51,722 nucleotides of DNA, filler included, from Nitrospinota bacterium (GCA_022562795.1; 3 parts of 3 records of this genome joined end to end with filler, not necessarily neighbours in it); one strand, 5' to 3'. Shown: positions 38,701-47,821, counted from the whole stretch's first letter. The notes: a model not told the origin generated them from the sequence alone. Numbers and translations: made by a program.

Positions 38701-38988
38701 TCATACTTTGAGAGGCGGTCGGCCGCCCGCTGGGGAAAATCGGCGGTTAAAAAAGTTGAACAGTGGGACGAAGACCACGGCCGCGTAGACGCCATAGAGA
38801 AAGGTCTCGGCTAACCCGATTAAGAACCCCTGCAACGTCAACCACCGAAAGCCAGGCAGCAGGGGGCTCCACCACTGGTACATAGCGGCACTGGGCACCA
38901 GAAGGTCCCAGAGGACGCAAATCAAATAGCTGATGGCAAGAAACGATCCAGTGGCGTATGCCACAGTGCGAATTGAGAGGGGTTTCAT
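38701..38988 (-). CDS. DUF5676-like small membrane protein
   Basis: SYLICVLW...LLPGFRWLT..GFLIGLAETFLYGVY. ATGA overlap with the upstream gene. Confidence 0.75.
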   Translation of the reverse strand: MKPLSIRTVAYATGSFLAISYLICVLWDLLVPSAAMYQWWSPLLPGFRWLTLQGFLIGLAETFLYGVYAAVVFVPLFNFFNRRFSPAGGRPPLKV

Positions 38989-39431
38989 GACTTTTCCTCC
39001 TTATGCTCTAGGCCGACCGGAACCACATGGGCCATTCTTTTTTCCTGGCAGCTGCAGGTTGTCTGGCAGCCGCAGGACTTAACCTCGGACTTGCCTGATC
39101 TCGCTCGTTGGACGAGAAGCGTCATCCCGTGCATTCCCACGATGGTGGCACGATCGCCTGAGGCGAGAGGCTCCGGGGAGCGGGCCTTCCAAAGGACGTT
39201 CTGATACCGAACACGGCCCTGGCCCTGGAAGCTCTCTGCAACCACGATTTCCCTTCCCAACATGGACTCCTTCCCGGAGGCCACCGGCTGTCGGTGGGCG
39301 CGGTAGATGAGACCGTAGAGGACGACCGAGACCACCAAGACGACTCCGTAGAGCGGAGCCGCCCAGGCCATTGGCATTACGTAGAAGAGACCGATCCCTA
39401 GCAGGGGCATCATCAAGATCAGGTGACACAC
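38985..39431 (-). CDS. NfeD-like protein (TM hairpin + C-terminal OB fold)
   Basis: CHLILMMP, two TM helices, then SGKESMLG...GRVRYQNVLWKARS..PL..GD.ATIVG..GMTLLV. Confidence 0.8.
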   Translation of the reverse strand: MCHLILMMPLLGIGLFYVMPMAWAAPLYGVVLVVSVVLYGLIYRAHRQPVASGKESMLGREIVVAESFQGQGRVRYQNVLWKARSPEPLASGDRATIVGMHGMTLLVQRARSGKSEVKSCGCQTTCSCQEKRMAHVVPVGLEHKEEKS

Positions 39432-39435
39432 GGCC

Positions 39436-40086
39436 CTACCCTCGATGTTCGGCCGCGACGGGGAGACGCCCCAGGGGCAAGAAGGCCGGTACGAGCTTCT
39501 TGTATCGCCGATATTCCTCCCCGAACGCGGCCTCCAGTTCGGCCTCCTCCCGGCGCGCGAGCCGGTAATACATCAGAAACAATCCAGGGGCCATGAGGAC
39601 CGTGGCGATGGTCGGCCACTGAATCAAGAACCCGAGCACTAAGACCAACAACCCTGCATACTGAGGGTGGCGGACCGTTCCGTAGATTCCGTCAGTGACC
39701 AATTCGCCCCTGGCCCGGTGAATTTTGCGCCAGCCGCGCCCCATCATTGTCAAGCCTACCAGGATAAGCCCATTGCTCACCACCATGACCAGGGCCCACG
39801 CAGCAACGCTCCCTCCCATCAGGACGGCCACCAAATGGCCGTTCTTGTGTGAGAAGGGGTCCAGAACAGGATAGGAACGGCCCAGGATGGAAGTGAGGAT
39901 ATAGATGGTCAAGGGGAAGCCGTACATTTCGGTGAAAAGCGCTACCAGGAATGCCGTCATCAGGCCCATGGAGCGCCACTCCCGCTTTCTCATTGGCTTC
40001 AAGAAGCCGACAACGAATAGGCCGAATAGGAGCACGTTGAAGGCAACCGCGGCCCAGAGACCGTACGTATTGGTGTTTATCTCCAT
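39436..40086 (-). CDS. Isoprenylcysteine carboxylmethyltransferase-family membrane protein
   Basis: ALFTEMYGFPLTIY, LVTDGIYGTVRHPQY, LARREE..L...FGEEY..Y...VPAF. Confidence 0.88.
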   Translation of the reverse strand: MEINTNTYGLWAAVAFNVLLFGLFVVGFLKPMRKREWRSMGLMTAFLVALFTEMYGFPLTIYILTSILGRSYPVLDPFSHKNGHLVAVLMGGSVAAWALVMVVSNGLILVGLTMMGRGWRKIHRARGELVTDGIYGTVRHPQYAGLLVLVLGFLIQWPTIATVLMAPGLFLMYYRLARREEAELEAAFGEEYRRYKKLVPAFLPLGRLPVAAEHRG

Positions 40087-40093
40087 GGCGACC

Positions 40094-40333
40094 TCACTTA
40101 CCCCCGTCCATTTCATCCCCGTGTCCGTGATGGCCCCGGCGCATCATAAAGAAGTGAATGAGGGGGCAGAGAAGGAAAACCGCCAGGATGCCGATCCCGT
40201 TAAGCGACACTCCGCTGTAGGCGATGACGCCGATTAAGACGACTGGGACGAGGCAGCATACAATCATCCAAAAGCCGTGCGAGAGGCTGGCGGCCCGTTT
40301 CGCCTCATGGGTCTCGTTGTGGGTCGCCTTCAT
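40094..40333 (-). CDS. DUF2933-like small membrane protein
   Basis: HGFWMIVCCLVP...LLCPLIHFFMMRRGHHGH, with RBS GGAGG. Confidence 0.8.
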   Translation of the reverse strand: MKATHNETHEAKRAASLSHGFWMIVCCLVPVVLIGVIAYSGVSLNGIGILAVFLLCPLIHFFMMRRGHHGHGDEMDGGK

Positions 40334-40419
40334 GGGTTCCTCCAAGGTTCGATCTTTTACTGCAACAAGGGGAAGAAAAGGTTCTCGATGGAACGCAGCC
40401 GTCGAGTTCGAGGAGGAGA

Positions 40420-40728
40420 CTACTGAGGCGGTTTAGTGATGGGGTCGATAAGGGGTGGAACAGCGAGGAGGAAGGGGGCAAGAGATAGGATGCTGGGCAG
40501 ATACACCAGGGGAATTGTAAGCGCCGCGCCGACGGCCATCGTTGTGACCGAGGCGCAAATACCGTGGGAGATGCCCATCTCATCGTGGGTGGCGTGGTGC
40601 GTGCCGCAGAGCAGAGGAGCTAGCAAGAACAGCCCTGCCAGGAGAGCCAGAACCATCATGTTGGAACGAGTCCCGCCCCTGAAGGGAAACGCTCTCCGTA
40701 TCACTGATCTTGGCCTTGAGGGCATCAT
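40420..40728 (-). CDS. Small exported His/Cys protein with Pro-rich C-terminus (DUF2946-like leader)
   Basis: ATGA-coupled to csoR; RRAF plus a hydrophobic segment, CGTHHATHDEMGISHGIC, and the end VPPLIDPITKPPQ. Confidence 0.6.
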   Translation of the reverse strand: MMPSRPRSVIRRAFPFRGGTRSNMMVLALLAGLFLLAPLLCGTHHATHDEMGISHGICASVTTMAVGAALTIPLVYLPSILSLAPFLLAVPPLIDPITKPPQ

Positions 40729-41003
40729 CGCCTCTGGGTGGAGAAATATCTCATTACTTCGTCTATCTTTCGTCGCTGGTCATCTGTGTGACCGTGCTTG
40801 ATGGCGTCGGTGACGCAGGTCTCCAGGTGCTGGCGAAGCATAAGGCGCTCGACCTGCCGAAGGGCTCCCTCCACGGAGTTGATCTGGGTGAGGATGTCAA
40901 TACAGTACCGGTGCTCCTCGACCATCCGCTGGAGGCCACGCACTTGGCCCTCGATCTTCCTGAGGCGCCTGACTAAATCTTTAGACCCTTGCTCGTCTAA
41001 CAT
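40725..41003 (-). CDS. csoR: CsoR/RcnR-family metal-sensing repressor, CsoR-type
   Basis: RRLRKIEGQVRGLQRMVEEHRYCIDILTQ...HLETCV, carrying the C-H-C ligand set. Confidence 0.9.
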   Translation of the reverse strand: MLDEQGSKDLVRRLRKIEGQVRGLQRMVEEHRYCIDILTQINSVEGALRQVERLMLRQHLETCVTDAIKHGHTDDQRRKIDEVMRYFSTQRR

Positions 41004-41032
41004 TGTTCCCCCGCTAAAATCCCTACCGAATC

Positions 41033-41055
41033 TTTATACCCCGCTAGGGTATAAA
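41033..41055. promoter_or_regulatory. CsoR operator
   Basis: Perfect 9-bp inverted repeat TTTATACCC-CGCTA-GGGTATAAA immediately downstream of the -10 box, matching the TACCC...GGGTA CsoR pattern. Confidence 0.8.
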
Positions 41056-41057
41056 TA

Positions 41058-41086
41058 AATATACGCCCTTTAGGAGAGGATGTCAA
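41058..41086 (-). promoter_or_regulatory. Sigma-70 promoter of the csoR operon
   Basis: Minus strand TTGACA-N17-TATATT. Confidence 0.75.
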
Positions 41087-41512
41087 CAGAAAAATCTAGA
41101 CCGCAACCACGCATGCAGATGCACTGGCAATCCCTTAAATTGTCTTTAAGTATCAAATAGTTAAGCAGAGCTATAGAATGTCAGCATTTGGCTGGTGTCA
41201 TTGACAAAGTCTAGCGGACCAACATTTGGATGGGAAGGCTACGAGTAAATTGTAATAGGGGTATTGGGTATTTAGTCTATTCAACCGAGCTCCTTAAAGC
41301 CCTATCCTATAGATAAGTGGTTTGGCAGTATCTCCTAGCTATGGCCGCGGCTAGGGATTTGGTCCTTTGGGGAAATTGGAGAGATGGATCACACCCAGAC
41401 CGCTATTGGGGCCATCGCCCTCCTCGCTCTTCTTCGAGTGAGCCTCGCCGCCCGCTGCAGAAGCTTTACTTCGAATCGGGGAGGGACGCCGTCCCTCCTT
41501 AGGCTTCTAGCG

Positions 41513-42265
41513 TCACGGCTCGTTTTGAAAGCAGACGGTGCATTGGGGGGTCTCGACCATGTCGGGACGCCGCGCCGCCACCTCTTCAAGCGAATCGGTG
41601 TTTAGGTTGCCGAGCTTGTGGGGGGCAATTTTTGTGAGCGGGGGACAGGTGTATATGCTCCCGTCCATCCAGAGGCTTAGGGAGTTGGAGCCGTCGCAGC
41701 CGGCAAACATCCTGCCGACCGGCGGCATCTCCTTGGTCACCTTCTTTCCCCTGAGCGTGGGAAATAGCCCCAGGTTCTTGTCGCCGCTTCCGTCCATTGC
41801 GACGAGCGACGTGGTGAATCCCCGGGCCTTGAGCTCCTTCAAGGTCGCCAAGGGGAAGAGCATCTCCGGATCCTCGGGGAGCATCTCTTTATAGGAATCG
41901 GCGTGGTAGCCGGTCCAGCTTACACGAACCTCCATCCGGTCTTTGTCCGCAATAGCCTCCAGCCGGTCCATTGCCTCCTCGTCGAAGAGCGTGCCGTTGG
42001 TGAAGAAGACCACCTCTCCCAGGCCCTGGAGGAACTCCACGATTTCGAAGAACTCGGGGTGCATGGTCGGCTCCCCGCCAGTTACGTAAAACCGCTCCAC
42101 ACCGAGCGCGAGGGCCTCCTTTGCGATGCGCTGGATGTCGGCTAGCTTGAGAATTGGGGCCTTCACCTTCGGGCCCGAGTTAGTTAAGCAGTGCGCGCAC
42201 TCGAGGTTACACTGTTGGTTAATTGTGAACCAGAAGGCTTGAAGCGGTTGTTTGACCGATCCCAT
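41513..42265 (-). CDS. Compact radical SAM protein with Cys-containing C-terminal (twitch/SPASM-like) extension
   Basis: CNLECAHC, TGGEP, FTNGT, and C...DGSIYTCP...LGN...CTVC. TGATG coupling to the upstream gene. Confidence 0.85.
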   Translation of the reverse strand: MGSVKQPLQAFWFTINQQCNLECAHCLTNSGPKVKAPILKLADIQRIAKEALALGVERFYVTGGEPTMHPEFFEIVEFLQGLGEVVFFTNGTLFDEEAMDRLEAIADKDRMEVRVSWTGYHADSYKEMLPEDPEMLFPLATLKELKARGFTTSLVAMDGSGDKNLGLFPTLRGKKVTKEMPPVGRMFAGCDGSNSLSLWMDGSIYTCPPLTKIAPHKLGNLNTDSLEEVAARRPDMVETPQCTVCFQNEP

Positions 42266-43878
42266 CAAAGAACCTCCTCTACGGGCAGGGAAGCAGAGCC
42301 GGTCGCCACGGAGGGCTCCTCCGCAGCCGCCTCCAGGCCGACCCCTGCCTGGCCGGGGCCTTGTCGGGCGGCAGCGTTCTGTTCCCTGCGCTGGTTAATT
42401 CCTAGTAGGGCTACGTAGAAAAAGCCGGATGCGTATATTACCATAAAGGGCCACACAAATAGTTTCCAATGAATGACGAAAAGCCCCAGGGCCAAGAGGC
42501 TGTAAAACCCCAGGAATAGCTCGGCGACGGCCGTCCGGTCGAAGGCGGTGGCGTACCGCTTGCCCGCCCAAGCATCCCCCCTGCGCTCGACCTTGAACTT
42601 AGGCGTACGGACGAACTCCGAAGAGTGACCAACGAGGGCTTCCAGGACGGCACGGCTGTTGCTGAGCGCGATGCCCGTCCCCAGGCAGACCAGCAGCGGG
42701 AGGTAGCGCCACCGGGCCCGGCCCTCGGGGCCGAACTGGCCCAGGGCGTAGAAGTAGAGGGAAGACGGCCCGAAGCTGGCCAGGGCGAGCAGTGTCACAG
42801 TCACCAGTAGGGGCGCCCAGGAGGAGAAGTAAAAACCTCGTGCCAGCAGGGGCACGGAGAGGATCACCACTGAGAGCATGAGGGGGTGGACCATGTAGTG
42901 GGTCAGGTGAAGGGTTGCCTGCACCTTGGTGAAAAGGGGCAAGTGGGAGCGCCAAATCTTCGGCAGTAGGAGCTTGGCCGTCTGGATGGAGCCCTTGGCC
43001 CACCGTCGCTGTTGGGTTTTGAACCCTTGAAGCTGTACGGGGAGCTCGGCGGGACAGACGACCTCCGGGAGGTAGAGCATCTTCCAACCCTTGAGCTGGG
43101 CCCGGTAGCTCAAATCGAGGTCTTCAGTCAGGGTGCGGTCCAACCAGCCCCCAGCTTCCTCGATGGCCCTCGCTCTCCAGATGCCCGCCGTTCCGTTGAA
43201 GTTCATCAGCAATCCCGACCAGGCCCGCGCCCCCTGCTCGACGCCGAAGTGGCCGTCTATGCCTATGGCCTGAGCCTGGGTCAGGAGCGAGTAGTCGCGG
43301 TTGATATGGCCCCAGCGGGTCTGAATCATGCCGACACACTCGTCTTCGAAAAAGGGAACGGTGCGGAGGAGAAAATCCTTCGGAATCGTGAAGTCGGCGT
43401 CAAAGATGGCGACAAACTCTCCCCTGGCTACCCGGAGCCCCTCTTTTAGGGCCCCCGCTTTATAGCCAACCCGGTTGGTCCGGTGGATGTGGTGGATTTC
43501 AAGGCCCTCAGAACGATAGCGGTCTACGAGGGCAGCAACGATCGGGGTGGTCTCGTCGGTCGAGTCGTCGAGCACCTGGATCTCCAGCAGGTGGCGCGGG
43601 TAATCGAGAGCGGCCACGTTCATTATGAGGCGCTCCACGACGTACTGCTCGTTGTAGATGGGAAGCTGGACCGTTACCGTCGGCAACCAGCTTTCGGCGG
43701 AGCCCCTGCTCCAGAAGGCCTCCGTGGTAGCCCTCGCTTGAGCGGTCCACGCCTCCCGGTGCCGCCTGTGTAACATCATCAGGACGTAGCAATTGACCCC
43801 GTAGCTAAAGAGCCCTACCAGGGAGGCAAGATAGACCACCATCAAAACGGTATCCCACACTGTCAACGGGGCGCTCAC
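42265..43878 (-). CDS. Membrane GT2 glycosyltransferase, cellulose-synthase-like (D,D,D,QxxRW)
   Basis: QLPIYNE, DDSTD, YKAGAL, FDADF, TEDLDLS, QQRRWAKG, FVRTPK and multiple TM helices. Confidence 0.93.
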   Translation of the reverse strand: MSAPLTVWDTVLMVVYLASLVGLFSYGVNCYVLMMLHRRHREAWTAQARATTEAFWSRGSAESWLPTVTVQLPIYNEQYVVERLIMNVAALDYPRHLLEIQVLDDSTDETTPIVAALVDRYRSEGLEIHHIHRTNRVGYKAGALKEGLRVARGEFVAIFDADFTIPKDFLLRTVPFFEDECVGMIQTRWGHINRDYSLLTQAQAIGIDGHFGVEQGARAWSGLLMNFNGTAGIWRARAIEEAGGWLDRTLTEDLDLSYRAQLKGWKMLYLPEVVCPAELPVQLQGFKTQQRRWAKGSIQTAKLLLPKIWRSHLPLFTKVQATLHLTHYMVHPLMLSVVILSVPLLARGFYFSSWAPLLVTVTLLALASFGPSSLYFYALGQFGPEGRARWRYLPLLVCLGTGIALSNSRAVLEALVGHSSEFVRTPKFKVERRGDAWAGKRYATAFDRTAVAELFLGFYSLLALGLFVIHWKLFVWPFMVIYASGFFYVALLGINQRREQNAAARQGPGQAGVGLEAAAEEPSVATGSASLPVEEVL

Positions 43879-45293
43879 GAGGGGCTCTCCCTATACACGG
43901 GGGAGCGGAACCCGGTCGGGGCCATTAGAGCCGATCGACTATGGTCCCACTGCCGCCCCAAGCTCCGGCGACGCATGAGCTCCCATGTCAAAAGGGCGAG
44001 GATGGGGAGAAATTCCACCAGACGCACGACCATGGGCAGGACCTCTGGCCTCTGGGCGTACTTCAGATACGAAAGGGTAAGTGCCCAGCTCGCTGCGAAG
44101 AGGGTAACAGACGGTGAGATAGTTCCCAGGACGAGAAGCCAGAGGAGATACCATGGGTGGAGTGCGGGCGTCACGACGAACAGGGCGAACCCTCCAAGGA
44201 GGAGCCCCCGCTTGGCGGCTTGGTCCACCGTTCCATCGTCCCGTCGGGAGATAAGCCACGCCAGCCCCGCCAAGCCGAGAGACGCCGCCGCCAGATATAT
44301 TAGGTTGAACTGCTCCCCGCCCCCTCCCGATAGAGATCGGGCGAAAAGGCGCACCCCCTGGTTGAACTCCTCATATTGATTGAAGAGGTAGGTGGGCAGG
44401 AAGCCGAGCACCGTCGAGCCGAGGCCGATGTAGGGTAGGTAGCCGAGCCCGACCACCGCCGCCCAGGTCAGGGGCATCCGGCGGTCTCCTCGCCTGTAAA
44501 AGGCCAGCACGAGGAGGGCGGGGTAGAGTTTTGTCAGGGTGGCGAGGCCAATGAGGGCTCCGACCAGAGACCGTCTTCCGGCCCGGTGGGCCAGGAAGGC
44601 TCCCACCAAGAAGGGCAGGTAGAGCGGGTCGAGGTGACCGCTGTGGGCCACCTCTACAATTACGAGGGGGTTCCACGCGTAGAGGACGACCCGATGGAGC
44701 GGGACCCCCATCTGTCCCAAGAGGACCATCAGGAGACCGATGGTCGTCAGGTCCGCCATTACCATCATCGCCTTCGTGCCGGTTACGCTATCGCCGACGA
44801 GCTTGTAGATGAGCCGAAAGCCGGCCTGAGCGCCTGGCGGGTAGATGGTCCGGGCTCCCTTGCGATTGATATGGGGGTAGATGGTCTTGTCCCGAAGCTC
44901 CGCGAGGGCCGGGTCGCCGGGGGGATGGGCCCACGGGCTCAGCCCGTGGGCCTGAACCCGGCCGTCCCAGATGTAGCGGTACATGTCACTGGAGAGGGAG
45001 GGTGGAGAAGCCACCAGGACCATCCGAAAGAGGACGGCCATGCAGAATAGAAGGACCAGGAGACCGGGGGTGTCTTCCATGCGCCAAAGCAACGCCACGG
45101 CCGCCCCGTAGAGAAGGAAGAGGATGGAAGAGACCATGACGAAGGCGCTGAAGGGCGAGGCCACGCCCAGGCTGGCCGCCACACCGGGCAAGCCCTCTCC
45201 CAGCCCAATCCAGCCGTAGAGCCCAATGCTCACGAGCCCCAGCCCAACGATGGGCAGGCCGGGTTTCAACCAGCGGGTCTCTCGAACGCTCAT
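43875..45293 (-). CDS. GT-C fold membrane glycosyltransferase (GT87/DUF2029-like)
   Basis: LSSDMYRYIWDG, TIYPP, YAWNPL...E...GHLD, LTKLYP and HPWY in a polytopic membrane protein. Confidence 0.85.
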   Translation of the reverse strand: MSVRETRWLKPGLPIVGLGLVSIGLYGWIGLGEGLPGVAASLGVASPFSAFVMVSSILFLLYGAAVALLWRMEDTPGLLVLLFCMAVLFRMVLVASPPSLSSDMYRYIWDGRVQAHGLSPWAHPPGDPALAELRDKTIYPHINRKGARTIYPPGAQAGFRLIYKLVGDSVTGTKAMMVMADLTTIGLLMVLLGQMGVPLHRVVLYAWNPLVIVEVAHSGHLDPLYLPFLVGAFLAHRAGRRSLVGALIGLATLTKLYPALLVLAFYRRGDRRMPLTWAAVVGLGYLPYIGLGSTVLGFLPTYLFNQYEEFNQGVRLFARSLSGGGGEQFNLIYLAAASLGLAGLAWLISRRDDGTVDQAAKRGLLLGGFALFVVTPALHPWYLLWLLVLGTISPSVTLFAASWALTLSYLKYAQRPEVLPMVVRLVEFLPILALLTWELMRRRSLGRQWDHSRSALMAPTGFRSPVYRESPS

Positions 45294-46006
45294 AGGGCCT
45301 CCAGCCTCCCTTCGGCGCGAAACTGCTGGAGGCAGGCCCACGTGGTGGGCGCGAGCCCGTCCGACCCCACCTCTTCGAGCTCGTTGCAGAGACGGCGCAA
45401 GTCTTCCCGGTCGTCCACGTCGTACCAGGGCTCAAGGAGCGCCGGGCGGAGGCGCGCCTCGGCGGCTCGCTTAAGCGTCGTTGGGAGTACCTCCGGCGTG
45501 CTCCACGGAATGTCGTCAAATAGGTGTTTTTGAGGCTTGGTGAGCCCGATGAGATAGTAGCCCCCATCGTCGGCTGGCCCCAACACTACGTCGACGCCGG
45601 GCTCCTCCAGCCGGGCGAAAGCGTCGGCCACCAGGCCCATAGGGAGTGTGGGGCTGTCGCTGTTGACGGCCAGCGCAAACTCAAGGCCTTCGGAGAGAAG
45701 GAGGAAGTGGAAGATGTTGTAGAGCCGCTCCCCAAGGTGGGCGCCCCGTTGCGGTATTAAGGGGCAACCTTCGGGCAGCAACCCGCGAAGCCGCTCGCCC
45801 TCGCCCGCGGGCGTGTATGCCACCCGGCAGAGGCCGGGGAAGGCGGCCTCGACGGCCTCGACCATGTCTATAAGAAAGCAGGCGTAGAGCCGGGCTGAGG
45901 ATTCCTCGTCCAAGAGCGGGAGCAGGCGGGTTTTCACCTGGCCCGGGATAGGGACCTTGGCCATGAGCACACACGCTCTACGGCTCCCCCCAAGAGGGTT
46001 ATCCAT
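45290..46006 (-). CDS. DUF2064 / TIGR04282-type nucleotide-diphospho-sugar transferase-fold protein
   Basis: MAKVPIPGQVKTRL, QRGAHLGERL, NSDSPTL, VLGPADDGGYYLIG, IPWST, WYDVDDREDL. Confidence 0.9.
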   Translation of the reverse strand: MDNPLGGSRRACVLMAKVPIPGQVKTRLLPLLDEESSARLYACFLIDMVEAVEAAFPGLCRVAYTPAGEGERLRGLLPEGCPLIPQRGAHLGERLYNIFHFLLLSEGLEFALAVNSDSPTLPMGLVADAFARLEEPGVDVVLGPADDGGYYLIGLTKPQKHLFDDIPWSTPEVLPTTLKRAAEARLRPALLEPWYDVDDREDLRRLCNELEEVGSDGLAPTTWACLQQFRAEGRLEAL

Positions 46007-46074
46007 CGGATGCTTTCCCGTAGTCGTCAAGAGGTCTCTGGCTCCCTCGTCGGCGGCGTATCAGCAGCCGATCC

Positions 46075-47100
46075 TTAAAGGCTCCACTCCACACCGCAGC
46101 CCTGGCACGGGGTGGCCGGCTCGGCGCTCATAAGCTGGCTGCGGAACGTCTGGTAGCGCTCGCCGTGCCATATCTCCTCGAGCGACTGCTCCCGTACGTT
46201 GCCCAAGATAATGCTCGGATACTCGTGGAGGGCGACGGCAAACGGGGCGATGCAGCACGGCAAAATATTTCCGTTTGCGGTCATGTACATGAGGGTGAAG
46301 GGCCGCCGGCAGGCCTGCCAGGGGTGAGAGTCATTGGCGCCCTCGATGCTATGCCGGGGGTCGGTGGCCCCGGAGGCTTGAAAGGCGATTCCGTGTTTGC
46401 GGCTAAGCTCTTCGCAGAACCTGAGCAACTCATCCACCTCTCTTTCGTCGGAGCCATGAAGCGAATTGTTCCGGCTCATGACACTTCCCTCGGGTCCGCC
46501 GTCGGCGTAGACGAGCCTTTGCAAGTAGACCTCATCGGCCCCCACCTCCTCGGCGATACTGAAAAAGGCGGGCATTTCGTGGATGTTCTCCTTGAGCCCG
46601 ACCAGCCAGAGCGAGACGCGGGGCAACGAGACCCCGAGGCGCTGCTTGAGCTGGTGGAGCTCCTTTAAGTTCGCAATCAAGTTGGGGAGCATCGGGAGGC
46701 CCCGGATCTGCTCGTACTTTTTCTCGGTCGCGGCGTCCATGGAGACCCGTAGCTCATCCAGTCCCGACTCGATGAGGCTCTTCTGCCAATCGGGAGTCAA
46801 AATGGTTGCGTTGGTGTTGAACAGGACGTAGGTGCCGCGGGCCTTGAGATAGGTGACCATGCGCGGCAGGTCCCGGTTGAGCATCGGCTCCCCAATGCCG
46901 TGGAGGACTGCCCGCTCGAGCGACGAGAGTTGGTCAACCACTTCCCGAAACTCCTCGAAAGTGAGGTCGTGGGCATCCTCCCTAGTCTCGAAGGTCCTTA
47001 TGCAGGTCACACATTTTAAATTGCACCGGTTCGTCACCTCGATGTAGAGGCAGGTCGGGGGTATAGGCAGAAGGTTCCTTCCCTGCGAGGTGGCGGTCAT
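46075..47100 (-). CDS. Radical SAM/SPASM-domain protein
   Basis: CNLKCVTC, HGIGEP, C-terminal CRRPF...NGNILPCC...LGN...EIW...PCQGC. Confidence 0.92.
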   Translation of the reverse strand: MTATSQGRNLLPIPPTCLYIEVTNRCNLKCVTCIRTFETREDAHDLTFEEFREVVDQLSSLERAVLHGIGEPMLNRDLPRMVTYLKARGTYVLFNTNATILTPDWQKSLIESGLDELRVSMDAATEKKYEQIRGLPMLPNLIANLKELHQLKQRLGVSLPRVSLWLVGLKENIHEMPAFFSIAEEVGADEVYLQRLVYADGGPEGSVMSRNNSLHGSDEREVDELLRFCEELSRKHGIAFQASGATDPRHSIEGANDSHPWQACRRPFTLMYMTANGNILPCCIAPFAVALHEYPSIILGNVREQSLEEIWHGERYQTFRSQLMSAEPATPCQGCGVEWSL

Positions 47101-47107
47101 CGCTCTC

Positions 47108-47821
47108 TCAATTCCTCCAGGCGTGCCTGAGGGTGGTCGTCAGCATGTACCAGGCCGCCAGGATGGTCCCCCTGACGGTTCCCGCCACCTTGCTCGTCCC
47201 CCCTCGGCGTCGCCGGTATCGGATGGGCACCTCGTGGATGCGGTAGCCGTGCTTGGCCGCCTTTACCACCATCTCCACCGGCCAGCCGTACGTTCGCTCG
47301 GCCATGCCCAGCCTCTCCAAGTCTTTGCGGGCGATGGCCCGCAGGGATGGGATGTCCGTGAGCTGGAGGCCGTAGAGGGCGCGGATCAGCCTGGTTACGA
47401 CCCAGTTGCCGAGCCGGGCCTGAGGCGTTAGGGCCCCGGCTTCGCTCCCATGGGCGATACGGGCCCCGAGCACGAGATCGGCCGTTCCGTTATGGAGAGG
47501 ATCGAGGATCCGGTAGGCCTCGGCGGGGTCGTCGCTCCCATCTCCGTCGAGAAAGAGCACCACATCGGCTTCCTGAGCAGCCTGGAGGCCGGCCCAGCAT
47601 GCGGCGCCGTATCCACGCCGGGGCTCGCCCACCACCCGTGCACCGGCCTGGCGGGCGCGCCCGGCGGTCTCATCGTCAGACCCGTTGTCCACCACTACGA
47701 CATCGCTCAAGCCTGCTTGCATGAGTCCCTCCACGACGGGGCCGATGGCCTCCTCCTCGTTGAGGGCGGGGATGATGGCCGTCACCCGGAGTCGGCGAGG
47801 GCCTGCCTGTGGAATGTCCAT
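47108..47821 (-). CDS. GT2 glycosyltransferase (polyprenol-phosphate glycosyltransferase-like)
   Basis: IIPALNEE, VVDNGSDD, GYGAAC, FLDGDGSDDP, YGWPVEM, EVPIRYRRR.GG.SKV. Confidence 0.9.
   Translation of the reverse strand: MDIPQAGPRRLRVTAIIPALNEEEAIGPVVEGLMQAGLSDVVVVDNGSDDETAGRARQAGARVVGEPRRGYGAACWAGLQAAQEADVVLFLDGDGSDDPAEAYRILDPLHNGTADLVLGARIAHGSEAGALTPQARLGNWVVTRLIRALYGLQLTDIPSLRAIARKDLERLGMAERTYGWPVEMVVKAAKHGYRIHEVPIRYRRRRGGTSKVAGTVRGTILAAWYMLTTTLRHAWRN

Noticed and set aside
41510-41530. Sec readthrough at the TGA ending the compact rSAM (and at the TGA ending the 21263 thioredoxin)
   Set aside because: The rSAM TGA is followed by TAG two codons later with no motif context. The thioredoxin TGA follows a complete domain and abuts the next gene's start.
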